DNA from: an uncultured Clostridia bacterium
GTDB taxonomy: Bacteria; Bacillota; Clostridia; TANB77; CAG-508
Length of the DNA: 49,410 nucleotides
Direction: 5' to 3'
NCBI GenBank assembly: GCA_944392635.1
Contig: CALXXH010000001.1
Span: 1 to 49,410, forward strand
Shown: one piece after another, positions 24,378-33,961 of the stretch
Layout: every line of letters starts with the position of its first letter
Numbering within the stretch: the stretch's first letter is position 1
Notes under the pieces: model-generated
What the model was told of the DNA's origin: nothing
Databases searched by the model: none
What the model saw: the letters and a program-made list of their open reading frames with translations, nothing else
Translations under genes and position numbers: made by a program

Positions 24378-25196
24378 CTAATTTAAGAATTCTTTATAAA
24401 TCTCATTTTTATTTACTTTTCTATCTTTGGCAATTCTTTTTATAATTTCTTTTTTGTCTAATCCTTGTTCTTCATAAATCTTATAATGTTCTTCTAAACT
24501 TATATTATTATAATCAAAATCATTATTATCTTCTTCTGCTTTTTCAACTAAAATAACCATTTCTCCCTTTATATTATCTACCTTAGAAAGAATATAATCT
24601 ATATCTCCCCTTATAAATTCTTCATGAATTTTAGTTAATTCTCTTGCTAGTACAATTTTTCTTTTCCCTATAACTTCCTTTAAATCCAATAATGTTATTT
24701 TCAACTTATGTGGTGCCTCATAAAAAATAATCGTTTTCTTTGCATTTTTTATTTCTTCTAATTTATTTTTTCTTGATTTTTTATTTAATGGTAAAAAACC
24801 TATAAAAATAAATTCCTTTGTATCTAATCCAGAACAAACTAATGCATTAATAATAGCACAAGCACCAGGAATAGGTATAATTTCAATCTCTTCTTCAATA
24901 CATTTCCTTACAATTTCTTCCCCTGGATCACAAATACCTGGTGTACCAGCATCACAAACTAATGCAACATTTTGCCCTTCTTTCAATTTTTCTATTAACA
25001 AATCTACTCTTAATTCCTCATTATGTCTATGATAACTAATTAATGGTTTTGAAATTTCTAAATGATTTAATAACTTTAATGTATGCCTTGTATCTTCAGC
25101 TGCTATTAAATCTACACTTCTAAGTACATTAATTGCTCTTAATGTAATATCTTCTAAATTTCCAATAGGTGTTGCCACAATATATAATTTTCCCAT
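24378..25196 (-). CDS. rsmI: 16S rRNA (cytidine1402-2'-O)-methyltransferase
   Basis: MGKLYIVATPIGNLEDITLRAINVLRSVDLIAAEDTRHT; tetrapyrrole-methylase fold signature. Confidence 0.9.
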   Translation of the reverse strand: MGKLYIVATPIGNLEDITLRAINVLRSVDLIAAEDTRHTLKLLNHLEISKPLISYHRHNEELRVDLLIEKLKEGQNVALVCDAGTPGICDPGEEIVRKCIEEEIEIIPIPGACAIINALVCSGLDTKEFIFIGFLPLNKKSRKNKLEEIKNAKKTIIFYEAPHKLKITLLDLKEVIGKRKIVLARELTKIHEEFIRGDIDYILSKVDNIKGEMVILVEKAEEDNNDFDYNNISLEEHYKIYEEQGLDKKEIIKRIAKDRKVNKNEIYKEFLN

Positions 25197-25423
25197 AATT
25201 CTCTCCTTATAATTTATTTATATTAATTCTTATAATAACATTTTTAATAATTATTTATTTTTAAAATATCTAATTTTATTTTTTATAATTTTTCTGGATT
25301 TTTCTCGATTTTTTACAAGCCATTATCCTTCATTTACATAGCATTTTCTCACTATACATTTTTTTATCTTTTAATTTCTAATTATTACTAATTTTTTTAT
25401 TTATATTTATTATTTTATCTAAA

Positions 25424-26158
25424 TTAATTATTATATATATCCATAATCTCTTTTGTATAATTTCCATTTTCATCATAAATATATAAATTTTTTTCTACCT
25501 TCAAAAAAGCATTTGCATTTCTTACACCTTTAATTAATACTAATTTAGGTGGTTTATTATAAGAAGAACAAACAAATTGCATCAATTTAGGCTCTATTTT
25601 ATATTCTCTCATTAAACTTAAAATATCAACTAATCTTTCTGGTCTATGTACAATATAAAATTCTCCTTTATCTTTTAACAAACTACTTGCTGTTTTAATA
25701 AAATCTTCCAAATTTGCCTTTACCTCATGTCTTGAAATTAGCTTTTCTTCCACTTCATTAACAACTCCCTCTCCTCCTTTTTTATATGGAGGATTAGTAA
25801 TAATAACATCAAACTTGCTATTTTTATATCTTTCTTTTAAATTAATAATATTATCACAAACTATTTCAATTTTATTTTCTAAATTATTTAATTCTACACT
25901 TCTTCTTGACATTTCAGCAACATTTTCTTGAACTTCCACTCCTATTGCCTTTTTAAAATCATTTTTTCCAGATAATAAAATTGGTATAATTCCTGTACCT
26001 GTTCCTAAATCTAATACATTTGCACTTTTCTTTATGTTTTTTGAAAAATTAACTAATAATACACTATCTATTCCAAAGCAAAACCAATTTTTATTTTGTA
26101 TTATTTTTAAATCTTTACAACCTAAATCATCAATTCTTTCATTTTCCTTCAAAATCAT
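25424..26158 (-). CDS. SAM-dependent tRNA (adenine-N6)-methyltransferase-like (YabB/TrmN6 type)
   Basis: SAM motif LDLGTGTGIIP and catalytic ITNPPY. Synteny with rsmI/abrB as in Bacillus. Confidence 0.8.
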   Translation of the reverse strand: MILKENERIDDLGCKDLKIIQNKNWFCFGIDSVLLVNFSKNIKKSANVLDLGTGTGIIPILLSGKNDFKKAIGVEVQENVAEMSRRSVELNNLENKIEIVCDNIINLKERYKNSKFDVIITNPPYKKGGEGVVNEVEEKLISRHEVKANLEDFIKTASSLLKDKGEFYIVHRPERLVDILSLMREYKIEPKLMQFVCSSYNKPPKLVLIKGVRNANAFLKVEKNLYIYDENGNYTKEIMDIYNN

Positions 26159-26459
26159 TTTTTATATCCTCTCTCACTCTATTTATACATTATAAACTCT
26201 TATTATCATTTTTTTGCTATTTTTAAAAAATCTTTTCTAATTTTTTTATATTTTTAATGTATTTTTTATTATTTTATTTTTATTATATCTCTCATTTTCA
26301 GTTATTTTTATACTATTTCCTACTTTTTTTGATTTTTTTCTAATTTATTCTTTTTTTATCTAATTTTTTCTAATAACCAATAAATTAAATGTAATTTCAC
26401 AGTTCGTTTTCTGTGTGTTTCCTCGTTTTTTCTTTTTTTTACTATTTTATTCAATTTTT

Positions 26460-26760
26460 TTCTAATTTTTTCATTAATAGTATTTTATTTTTCTTCATTT
26501 TCACCCATTTTTCTAATTAATCCTATTTTATTCGATTTTTTTCTAATTTATTCTAATTTATTTGTAAAAATGAATTTTAGAGTTTTTGTTTTCTTATGTT
26601 TTTCTCACTTATACTAATTTTTTCGAATTTATTTGATTTTATTCTAATTTTTTCATTAATAGTATTTTACTTTTCTTCATTTTCACCCATTTTTCTAATT
26701 AATCCTATTTTATTCGATTTTTTTCTAATTTATTCTAATTTATTTGTAAAATTAAATTTT
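26460..26760 (+). repeat. 182-bp-period tandem repeat (two near-identical ~110-bp cores plus diverged linker)
   Basis: 26460-26569 and 26642-26751 differ at one position (26488 T vs 26670 C). The linker 26581-26641 resembles 26398-26459 only loosely. An older degenerate copy lies around 26331-26380. Confidence 0.8.
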
Positions 26761-26827
26761 TAACAAATAAATAAATTTATCATATTATATAACAAAAAAC
26801 ATAATTTAGCAAAAGGAGGAAAATTCA

Positions 26828-27016
26828 TTGGATAAATTACCAGATTCTAATAATGAAAATAATAATAGAGGTAGACAAAATCCACCTCCAAAAAAACATT
26901 TTGATTTTAAATGTTATAAAGATAATACTATAAAATCTTTATATGATGTTGAACATTTTTTAAATAATTTTAAACATAATATTAAATATTTTAAGTTATA
27001 CAAGTTATTAAAATAA
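26828..27016 (+). CDS. Small basic protein (62 aa), unknown
   Basis: TTG start 8 nt after AAAGGAGGA. TTAACA-17-TATTAT promoter at about 26761-26789. No motif recognised. Confidence 0.45.
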   Translation: MDKLPDSNNENNNRGRQNPPPKKHFDFKCYKDNTIKSLYDVEHFLNNFKHNIKYFKLYKLLK

Positions 27017-27029
27017 CTTTATTAATCTT

Positions 27030-27569
27030 TTAATTTCTTGTATAAACTTGGTCAAATTCTTGATTTTCTTTTCCATCTATCAATATTTTAACTTCATTGA
27101 TTTCTGACAATTCTGTTAATGTATTAACTATACTATTAATTAAGTTTTCTTTTCCTTTTTCATCTTCCTTATCATAATTTAAAAATTCTGCTGAAAAGTC
27201 TAATACCAAACAATCTCCTTCTAGATAATTCTGTAATAATCTTGTATTATCTGGTATTAATTTAACACTTTTTTCACTTTTTGGTCCTTCTATTAATAAA
27301 TTAACTAATTTCTCATATGGTGCACTCATCATTTCTTTTATATCTATTAACCTTGCTTCTGGTACTAATTCATTTGTTTGTGTATCTAAGAAATATAAAC
27401 TTACAATCGTTTGTCTTAATTGTTCTTCAGTTATTTCTTCTTCAGGTACATATTCTTCAACTATTGTTTCCTGATTTTTACTTTTCACATAATTTATTGC
27501 AAAATACCCTCCTATTAAAACCAATAAAAATAGACAAACAAATATAATTAATATCTTTTTGTTTTTCAT
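27030..27569 (-). CDS. GerM-domain (GerMN) lipoprotein-like sporulation/germination protein
   Basis: Signal-anchor plus VSLYFLDTQTNELVPEARLI...LIEGP...LVLDFS...IVNTLTEL...VKILIDGKE, the GerMN pattern. Confidence 0.8.
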   Translation of the reverse strand: MKNKKILIIFVCLFLLVLIGGYFAINYVKSKNQETIVEEYVPEEEITEEQLRQTIVSLYFLDTQTNELVPEARLIDIKEMMSAPYEKLVNLLIEGPKSEKSVKLIPDNTRLLQNYLEGDCLVLDFSAEFLNYDKEDEKGKENLINSIVNTLTELSEINEVKILIDGKENQEFDQVYTRN

Positions 27570-27724
27570 ATGCTTATCCTCCTTGTATAAACTAACTATT
27601 AAATAGATATTATTTGTTTGTCCATTTTAGAACTTTTTATATTAATTTTACCATATCTTTTTATTTTTCCTTTTTATTCTTTTACTTCTTATGATTTTAT
27701 TTACTATTTCATTTATTTTACTTT

Positions 27725-28999
27725 TTAATTCTTTAATGCTGTTATTGGAACAACATATACCCCATCTTCTCTTTTATATGCTGCATTTACCAATCCACAT
27801 ATTACACACAATACTTTTGGAGTTTTTCCATTTTCTTTCTCAATTTCATCTTTAATTTTTAATAAACTTTCAGCTGCATCATCTATTTGATTTGCTCCTA
27901 ATTTTATTTCAAATGCACACCAATCTCCATTTTCAAGTTCAACAACTGCATCAATTTCCCTATCTTTATAATCTTGATAATGATATACATTAGCTCTAAA
28001 TGATTCTGCATATATTTTTAAATCTCTCTCACATAAAGCTTCAAATAGAAATCCTAAAGTATTTAAATCATTTAATAACTTTTCTGGAGTTGCCTTTAGC
28101 AAACTACATGCAAGAGATGGATCTACAAAATGTCTTTTTTCACTTTGTTTTACTTTAGCAGAAGACCTTATATTTTCTGCAAAAGGTTTTTGATTATCAA
28201 GTATAAATAATCTTGTAAATATATCTAAATAAGAAGCAACTGTATCAATATCTATATCCTCATCATCTATTTGTTTAATATCTCTTTTTAAAGTTTTATT
28301 TGTTACAGTTGTACTTTCATTTCTAGCTAGAGAACGTAATAACAATCTCATTTTATTAGTATCTCTTTTTACCTCATCTATTCTATATACATCATCATCT
28401 AGTATTGCATCTATATATGATTCAGGTAACAGTCCTGCCCTTTCAATAGGAACATCTAAATTACCAGGCCATCCTCCTCTAACAATAAATTCTATAATTT
28501 TTCTTAAATCAACTTCCCCTGTCATTTTTTCATTCATTTTTCCATTACATAAGTCATTCAATGATATATCACCTGTTGAATCTCCTGATTCATATAAAGA
28601 CATTGGCCTCATTCTTAGTTTTCCAATTCTTCCTGCACCACTATGCAATATTCCTTTATGATTTGGGGTAGCTGAGCCGGTTAAAATAAATTGTCCTTTT
28701 TTACTAAGCTTATCAACTTCATATCTTACTGCATCCCAAAGTCTTGGAACTTCTTGCCATTCATCAATTAATCTTGGTTTTTCACCTTCTAACACTATAT
28801 TGGGTGCCGTTTCTGCTAATTTTTTATTTTGAAAATTACCTGTTGGATCTCCTATCATAATAGAACTAGTGCTATGATAAATAGAAGTCCATGTCTTTCC
28901 ACACCATTTTGGTCCTTCAATACATACAGCTCCAAAAGTTTTCAAATACTCCTCTATCATATTATCAATTATTCTTGGCTTATAATTTTTAATTTCCAT
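27725..28999 (-). CDS. COG1373-type AAA+ ATPase with C-terminal PD-(D/E)xK-like domain, second paralogue
   Basis: Walker A GPKWCGKT, Walker B RLIDEWQ, C-terminal EIDAVV...AFEIKLG. ATG 28999 lies 9 nt after AGGAG; the ORF-track GTG 29005 is too close to the SD. Confidence 0.85.
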   Translation of the reverse strand: MEIKNYKPRIIDNMIEEYLKTFGAVCIEGPKWCGKTWTSIYHSTSSIMIGDPTGNFQNKKLAETAPNIVLEGEKPRLIDEWQEVPRLWDAVRYEVDKLSKKGQFILTGSATPNHKGILHSGAGRIGKLRMRPMSLYESGDSTGDISLNDLCNGKMNEKMTGEVDLRKIIEFIVRGGWPGNLDVPIERAGLLPESYIDAILDDDVYRIDEVKRDTNKMRLLLRSLARNESTTVTNKTLKRDIKQIDDEDIDIDTVASYLDIFTRLFILDNQKPFAENIRSSAKVKQSEKRHFVDPSLACSLLKATPEKLLNDLNTLGFLFEALCERDLKIYAESFRANVYHYQDYKDREIDAVVELENGDWCAFEIKLGANQIDDAAESLLKIKDEIEKENGKTPKVLCVICGLVNAAYKREDGVYVVPITALKN

Positions 29000-29019
29000 A
29001 CTCACTCACTCCTAAATAT

Positions 29020-29111
29020 ATTATAACTCAATCCGTGAGTTTTTGCAATATCAATCCGTGATTTTTTCAATTTTCATTCCGTGATTTTTTAGGTTTTTAA
29101 CCCGTGAATTT
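29020..29111 (-). promoter_or_regulatory. Four phased direct repeats overlapping the promoter of the second ATPase gene
   Basis: CCGTGA (plus strand) at 29033, 29056, 29079 and 29102, exact 23-bp period, with T-rich flanks (ATCCGTGAKTTTTT). Minus-strand promoter TTGCAA (29048-29043), 17 nt, TATAAT (29025-29020). The first repeat lies in the spacer. Confidence 0.6.
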
Positions 29112-29228
29112 ATTCATAAAATATATTATGCACAAATATAATATATTTATTAAATTAACTATATTACTTTTAAACTCTACAATCCTAAAATATAAACGGA
29201 TACAACTAAAAAAGTAAGTATTTTCCAT

Positions 29229-29257
29229 TTGACAAAATTCAGTTTTCCGTATACAAT
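29229..29257 (+). promoter_or_regulatory. Promoter of the activase-like gene
   Basis: TTGACA (29229-29234), 17 nt, TACAAT (29252-29257). Confidence 0.5.
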
Positions 29258-29353
29258 TAAGGGTGTTTACAATAAGAAATATATACATTACCAAAATAAA
29301 ATTTTATACAAAATATTTACTTAATTTGTTGAAAGAAAGGACTGAAAATTACT

Positions 29354-32300
29354 ATGGAAAATATATTACACGTTGGATTGGACGTTGGATCAACAACAGT
29401 AAAAATTATTGTTATGGATGACAACAAAAACACAATATACAAAGACTATCAAAGACATTTTTCAGACACTAAAAATACTGTATGTAGAGTTTTAGAAGAT
29501 TTATTAAAAAAATATCCATATAATTCATTTACACTTGCCCTAACAGGTTCTGGAGCTATGTCAGCTGCAAAATTCTTAGGGGTAAACTTCATACAAGAAG
29601 TTGTTTCTTGTAAAAGAGCAGTTGAAAAATACATACCAAGAACAGATGTAGTAATTGAATTAGGTGGAGAAGATGCAAAAATAATATATTTTGACCAGTC
29701 AATAGAACAACGTATGAATGGTACTTGTGCTGGTGGAACAGGAGCATTTCTAGACCAAATGGCATCACTATTACATACTGACACTGCTGGTCTTAATGAA
29801 CTTGCAAAAGGATATGAAACAATATATCCAATCGCATCTAGATGTGGAGTTTTCGCAAAAACAGATATACAACCATTAATAAATGAAGGTGCTGCAAAAG
29901 AAGATATCGCTGCATCAATTTTCCAAGCAGTTGTTAATCAAACAATCAGTGGCCTTGCTTGTGGTAGACCAATTAGAGGAAATGTAGCATTTTTAGGTGG
30001 TCCTTTAAATTACTTATCAGAACTAAGAAAAAGATTTATTGAAACTTTAAATTTAACACCTGATGAAGTAATTGTACCTGAAGAAGCACATCTACTAGTT
30101 GCAAAAGGTGCTGCATTAGACTCAATAAATTCTAATGTCATAACAACAACTGAATTAGAACAAAAAATAGAGAATCTAAAAAATTCACATGATAATACAA
30201 CTAACCCTCTAGATCCATTATTTAAAAATAAAGAAGAATATCAAGCATTTAAAGAAAGACATGATAAAAACAAAGTAGAAAAAGCAGATTTAACTAATTA
30301 TGAAGGAGACTGCTATTTAGGAATTGATGCTGGTTCTACAACAACAAAAATAGTTTTAATTGATAAAGATGGAAAACTTCTATATTCTTTATATGGAAGT
30401 AATGAAGGTAATCCATTACAAAGTGTTATGAAAATGCTCAAAGAACTTTATTCAGTATTACCTGAAAAAGCAATACTTAGATATAGTGGAGTTACAGGAT
30501 ATGGTGAAAAATTAATACAAACAGCATTAAATGTTGATTTAAATGAAATAGAAACAATTGCACATTATACAGCTGCAAAGACATTTGAACCAGATGTTAC
30601 AAGTATTGTTGACATTGGTGGCCAAGACATGAAATATATTAGAATGAAAAATGGTTCAATTGACAATATAATGCTAAATGAAGCTTGTTCATCAGGTTGT
30701 GGTTCATTTATTGAAACATTTGCTAAAAGCTTAAATCTATCTATCGAAGAATTCGTAAAAGAAGCAATTGAAGCAAAAAGACCAGTTGACCTTGGTTCTC
30801 GTTGTACAGTTTTTATGAATTCTAAAATAAAACAAGCTCAAAAAGAAGGATATTCAGTAGGAGATATTTCAAGTGGTTTATCATATTCTGTTATAAAAAA
30901 TGCTATACAAAAAGTTATGAAAGTAAGAGATGTTGAAACACTAGGAAATCATATAGTTGTACAAGGTGGTACTTTCTATAATGATGCTGTTTTAAGAGCA
31001 TTTGAATTAATAGTTGGAAAAAATGTAGTAAGACCAGATATTGCAGGATTAATGGGTGCATATGGTATGGCTTTACTTTCAAAAGAACAATATGAAGCAA
31101 ACCTAGATATGGAATATAAATCTACAATATTAAAAACAGATGAAATTGATAAACTAGAAATTAAAGTAACACATACACGTTGTAATAACTGTGAAAACCA
31201 TTGTAAACTAACAATTAATAAATTTAGTAATGGACAAATACATGTATCTGGTAACCGTTGTGAAAAAGGTGCAGGAGCTGTTACAAAATCTAAACCATTA
31301 CCTAACTTAATTGCATATAAATATAAAAGATTATTTGACTATACACCATTAGAAGAACAATATGCAACAAGAGGAACAATAGGAATACCAAGAGTATTAA
31401 ACATGTATGAAGATTATCCATTCTGGTTCACATTCTTAACTTCATTAGGTTTTAGAGTAATATTATCTGAAAAAAGTACTCGTAAAACTTATGAAAAAGG
31501 TATGGAATCAATGCCATCTGAGTCAGTTTGCTATCCAGCAAAACTTTCACATGGTCATATAGAAAGCTTACTTGAACAAGGTATTAAAACAATCTTTTAT
31601 CCTTGTATGCCTTATTCAAGAAAAGAATATGAAAAAGCAGACAACCACTACAACTGTCCAATTGTAATTTCATATTCAGAAGTACTAAGAAATAATGTTG
31701 AAGGCTTAAAATCACAAGAAATAAAATTCATTAATCCATTCTTACCTTTTGACAAGAAAAATCTTGTTAAAAAAGTTATGGAATTAGATGAATTTAAAGA
31801 ATATAATTTTACAAAAGCTGAATTAAATGAAGCAGCTGACAAAGCAGAGGCAGAATATCAAAAATGTAAAAAGGATATAAGAGATAAAGGTGCTGAAACA
31901 GTTAGATATATAGAAGAAAACCACCTAAAAGGAATTGTACTTGCAGGAAGACCATATCATGTTGACCCAGAAATAAATCATGGAATTGATACTCTAATCA
32001 CTTCACTTGGACTTTGTGTTTTAACAGAAGATAGTGTGGCAGACAAAACAGAAGCAAAACGTCCAATTCGTGTTGTTGACCAATGGGTATATCATGCAAG
32101 ACTATATGCAGCAGCAGACTTTGTTGGAAAACATGATTGCTTAGAATTAGTACAATTAAATTCATTTGGTTGTGGTGTAGATGCTGTTACAACAGATCAA
32201 GTAGAAGAAATATTATCAAGCTATAACAAAATGTACACACTAATTAAAATAGATGAAGTAAATAACTTAGGGGCAGTAAGAATTCGTATTCGTTCACTAC

Positions 32301-33691
32301 TTGCTAGTATGAAAAAAAGAGAACAAGAAAAGAAACAAGAAAAAGCAGATGGAGATTACGGAATTAAGAAAAAAATCTTTACTAAAGAAATGCGCAAAGA
32401 TTATACAATTTTAATGCCACAAATGGCTCCTATTCACTTTGAATTATTAGAAAGTGCTGTAAAACAATCTGGATATAATATTAAACTATTAAAAAATTGT
32501 ACTCAAAAAACTGTTGAAACAGGTTTAAAGTATGTAAATAATGATGCATGTTATCCATCAATATTAACAACAGGTCAAATGATAGAAGCATTGCAATCTG
32601 GTGAATATGATTTAAATAAAACTGCATTAATCATGTCACAAACAGGTGGTGGTTGTAGGGCAACAAATTATATAGGATTTATACGTAAAGCCTTAAAAGA
32701 TGCTGGATTTGCAAATGTACCTGTAATTTCATTCAACATTGTAGGAATGGAAAAAATGCCAGGATTTAAGATAACTGCACCTTTAATTGAAAGATTATTA
32801 AAAACTGTAATATATGGAGATTTACTTCAAAAAATGTTAACTAAGAATAGAGCATATGAAGTAAATAAAGGTGAAACCCAAAAACTATTTGACACTTGGA
32901 TGGAAAAATGCAAAAAACTATTGCAAAAATCAACAAATAAAGAATTTAAACAAAGTATTTATGATATAGTAAATGACTTTGAAAAAATAGAATTAGATAC
33001 ATCAATAGAAAAACCTCGTGTAGGTATAGTTGGAGAAGTCTTAATTAAATATCACCCATTTGGAAATAACTATGTAGCAGATTTACTTGAACAAGAAGGT
33101 GCAGAAGTTATTCTTCCAGACTTTATGGGATTTGTAAAATTCATGGCAACACATAAAATAACATTTAATAGACTTTTAAATACAAATAAAACATCTTCAA
33201 AACTTATGAAAGTTGCAATAAAATTAATAGACTTATTAGAAAAAGATGTAAAAATAGCACTTGCAAATTCTAAAAAAGGTTACTTACAACCTTGTGATAT
33301 ATGGCACTTAGAAGATAAAGTAAAAGATGTATTGTCAATTGGAAATCAAACAGGAGAAGGATGGTTTTTAACAGCTGAAATGATTAAATATATAGAAAAT
33401 GATATTCCAAACATAGTATGTGTTCAACCATTTGCATGTTTACCTAACCATGTAGTTGGAAAAGGTGTTATAAAAACTATTCGTAGTATGTATCCAGATG
33501 CCAATATATCTCCAGTTGATTACGATCCAGGAGCTAGTGAATCAAATCAAGCAAATAGAATTAAACTATTAATGACTGTTGCAAAAGATAATTTGCAAGC
33601 TAAACAAAATCGTAGAAAAGCAATTGAAAAAGAAAATGAAGATATTAAAGTTGCTGAAAAAAATACAGAAAAAATTACAGCAAAAAATTAA
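29354..33691 (+). CDS. Acyl-CoA dehydratase activase-related giant fusion (two BadF/BcrA/HgdC-type ATPase modules plus DUF2229-like C-terminal half)
   Basis: Two ASKHA ATPase starts, GLDVGSTTVKIIVMD and GIDAGSTTTKIVLID. Cys cluster CNNCENHCKL...GNRCEKG. 1445 aa, as in clostridial homologues. Confidence 0.85.
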   Translation: MENILHVGLDVGSTTVKIIVMDDNKNTIYKDYQRHFSDTKNTVCRVLEDLLKKYPYNSFTLALTGSGAMSAAKFLGVNFIQEVVSCKRAVEKYIPRTDVVIELGGEDAKIIYFDQSIEQRMNGTCAGGTGAFLDQMASLLHTDTAGLNELAKGYETIYPIASRCGVFAKTDIQPLINEGAAKEDIAASIFQAVVNQTISGLACGRPIRGNVAFLGGPLNYLSELRKRFIETLNLTPDEVIVPEEAHLLVAKGAALDSINSNVITTTELEQKIENLKNSHDNTTNPLDPLFKNKEEYQAFKERHDKNKVEKADLTNYEGDCYLGIDAGSTTTKIVLIDKDGKLLYSLYGSNEGNPLQSVMKMLKELYSVLPEKAILRYSGVTGYGEKLIQTALNVDLNEIETIAHYTAAKTFEPDVTSIVDIGGQDMKYIRMKNGSIDNIMLNEACSSGCGSFIETFAKSLNLSIEEFVKEAIEAKRPVDLGSRCTVFMNSKIKQAQKEGYSVGDISSGLSYSVIKNAIQKVMKVRDVETLGNHIVVQGGTFYNDAVLRAFELIVGKNVVRPDIAGLMGAYGMALLSKEQYEANLDMEYKSTILKTDEIDKLEIKVTHTRCNNCENHCKLTINKFSNGQIHVSGNRCEKGAGAVTKSKPLPNLIAYKYKRLFDYTPLEEQYATRGTIGIPRVLNMYEDYPFWFTFLTSLGFRVILSEKSTRKTYEKGMESMPSESVCYPAKLSHGHIESLLEQGIKTIFYPCMPYSRKEYEKADNHYNCPIVISYSEVLRNNVEGLKSQEIKFINPFLPFDKKNLVKKVMELDEFKEYNFTKAELNEAADKAEAEYQKCKKDIRDKGAETVRYIEENHLKGIVLAGRPYHVDPEINHGIDTLITSLGLCVLTEDSVADKTEAKRPIRVVDQWVYHARLYAAADFVGKHDCLELVQLNSFGCGVDAVTTDQVEEILSSYNKMYTLIKIDEVNNLGAVRIRIRSLLASMKKREQEKKQEKADGDYGIKKKIFTKEMRKDYTILMPQMAPIHFELLESAVKQSGYNIKLLKNCTQKTVETGLKYVNNDACYPSILTTGQMIEALQSGEYDLNKTALIMSQTGGGCRATNYIGFIRKALKDAGFANVPVISFNIVGMEKMPGFKITAPLIERLLKTVIYGDLLQKMLTKNRAYEVNKGETQKLFDTWMEKCKKLLQKSTNKEFKQSIYDIVNDFEKIELDTSIEKPRVGIVGEVLIKYHPFGNNYVADLLEQEGAEVILPDFMGFVKFMATHKITFNRLLNTNKTSSKLMKVAIKLIDLLEKDVKIALANSKKGYLQPCDIWHLEDKVKDVLSIGNQTGEGWFLTAEMIKYIENDIPNIVCVQPFACLPNHVVGKGVIKTIRSMYPDANISPVDYDPGASESNQANRIKLLMTVAKDNLQAKQNRRKAIEKENEDIKVAEKNTEKITAKN

Positions 33692-33729
33692 AAAATCATT
33701 TCTTAATTACTGGAATATTTTTTAGAAAT

Positions 33730-33758
33730 TTGACATATAATAAAAAATGAGTTATAAT
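33730..33758 (+). promoter_or_regulatory. Consensus sigma-A promoter of a small RNA
   Basis: TTGACA (33730-33735), 17 nt, TATAAT (33753-33758). Confidence 0.65.
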
Positions 33759-33764
33759 ACTCTC

Positions 33765-33842
33765 AAGACGTCGATAGCAAATCAAGTAAATGATGTAAAA
33801 AAAGACTAGGAGTCTCTCAAAACTTTTCCTAGTCTTTTTCCT
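33765..33842 (+). ncRNA. Candidate ~80-nt antisense/antitoxin RNA (RNA II-like)
   Basis: Runs from the consensus promoter to a strong terminator with no ORF or SD. Segment 33775-33793 is complementary to the start region of the convergent small-ORF mRNA. Confidence 0.5.
33797..33840. terminator. Bidirectional Rho-independent terminator
   Basis: GACTAGGA (33804-33811) pairs with TCCTAGTC (33827-33834), with A7 upstream and T5 downstream. Confidence 0.75.
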
Positions 33843-33848
33843 TTTGGT

Positions 33849-33917
33849 CTAATCCTCTATGTGTTTTACAATTAAGTAAATTAAATAAAGTTTCAACACT
33901 TTTAGCAAATCTTTCAA
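33849..33917 (-). CDS. Candidate Fst-like type I toxin peptide (22 aa)
   Basis: TTG 33917 lies 11 nt after GAAAGGAGG. MKDLLKVLKLYLIYLIVKHIED. Own promoter. The SD can be sequestered by upstream CCUUUC. Confidence 0.35.
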   Translation of the reverse strand: MKDLLKVLKLYLIYLIVKHIED

Positions 33918-33961
33918 GTAAATGACAACCTCCTTTCTACCTTTTGGTGAAAGGTAAATCT

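Noticed and set aside
26230-26760. CRISPR array
   Set aside because: The reiterated TTCTAAT motif is only 7 nt with irregular spacing. The long repeat has a 182-bp period and only two good copies. There is no 28-37-bp repeat/spacer alternation and no cas genes.
25197-26827. Chromosomal or element replication origin (DnaA-box cluster) in the two AT-rich gaps
   Set aside because: No TTATCCACA/TGTGGATAA-like boxes are seen in these gaps. The only near-match (TGTGGATAT, about 7368) lies inside the initiator gene of the prophage-like element. No dnaA or dnaN lies nearby.
29097-29294. 65-aa minus-strand ORF in the ATPase/activase intergenic region, and the similar 61-aa ORF at 34006-34191
   Set aside because: Neither has an SD. 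Both overlap promoter elements and repeats assigned to neighbouring genes, and both have hydrophobic low-complexity translation.
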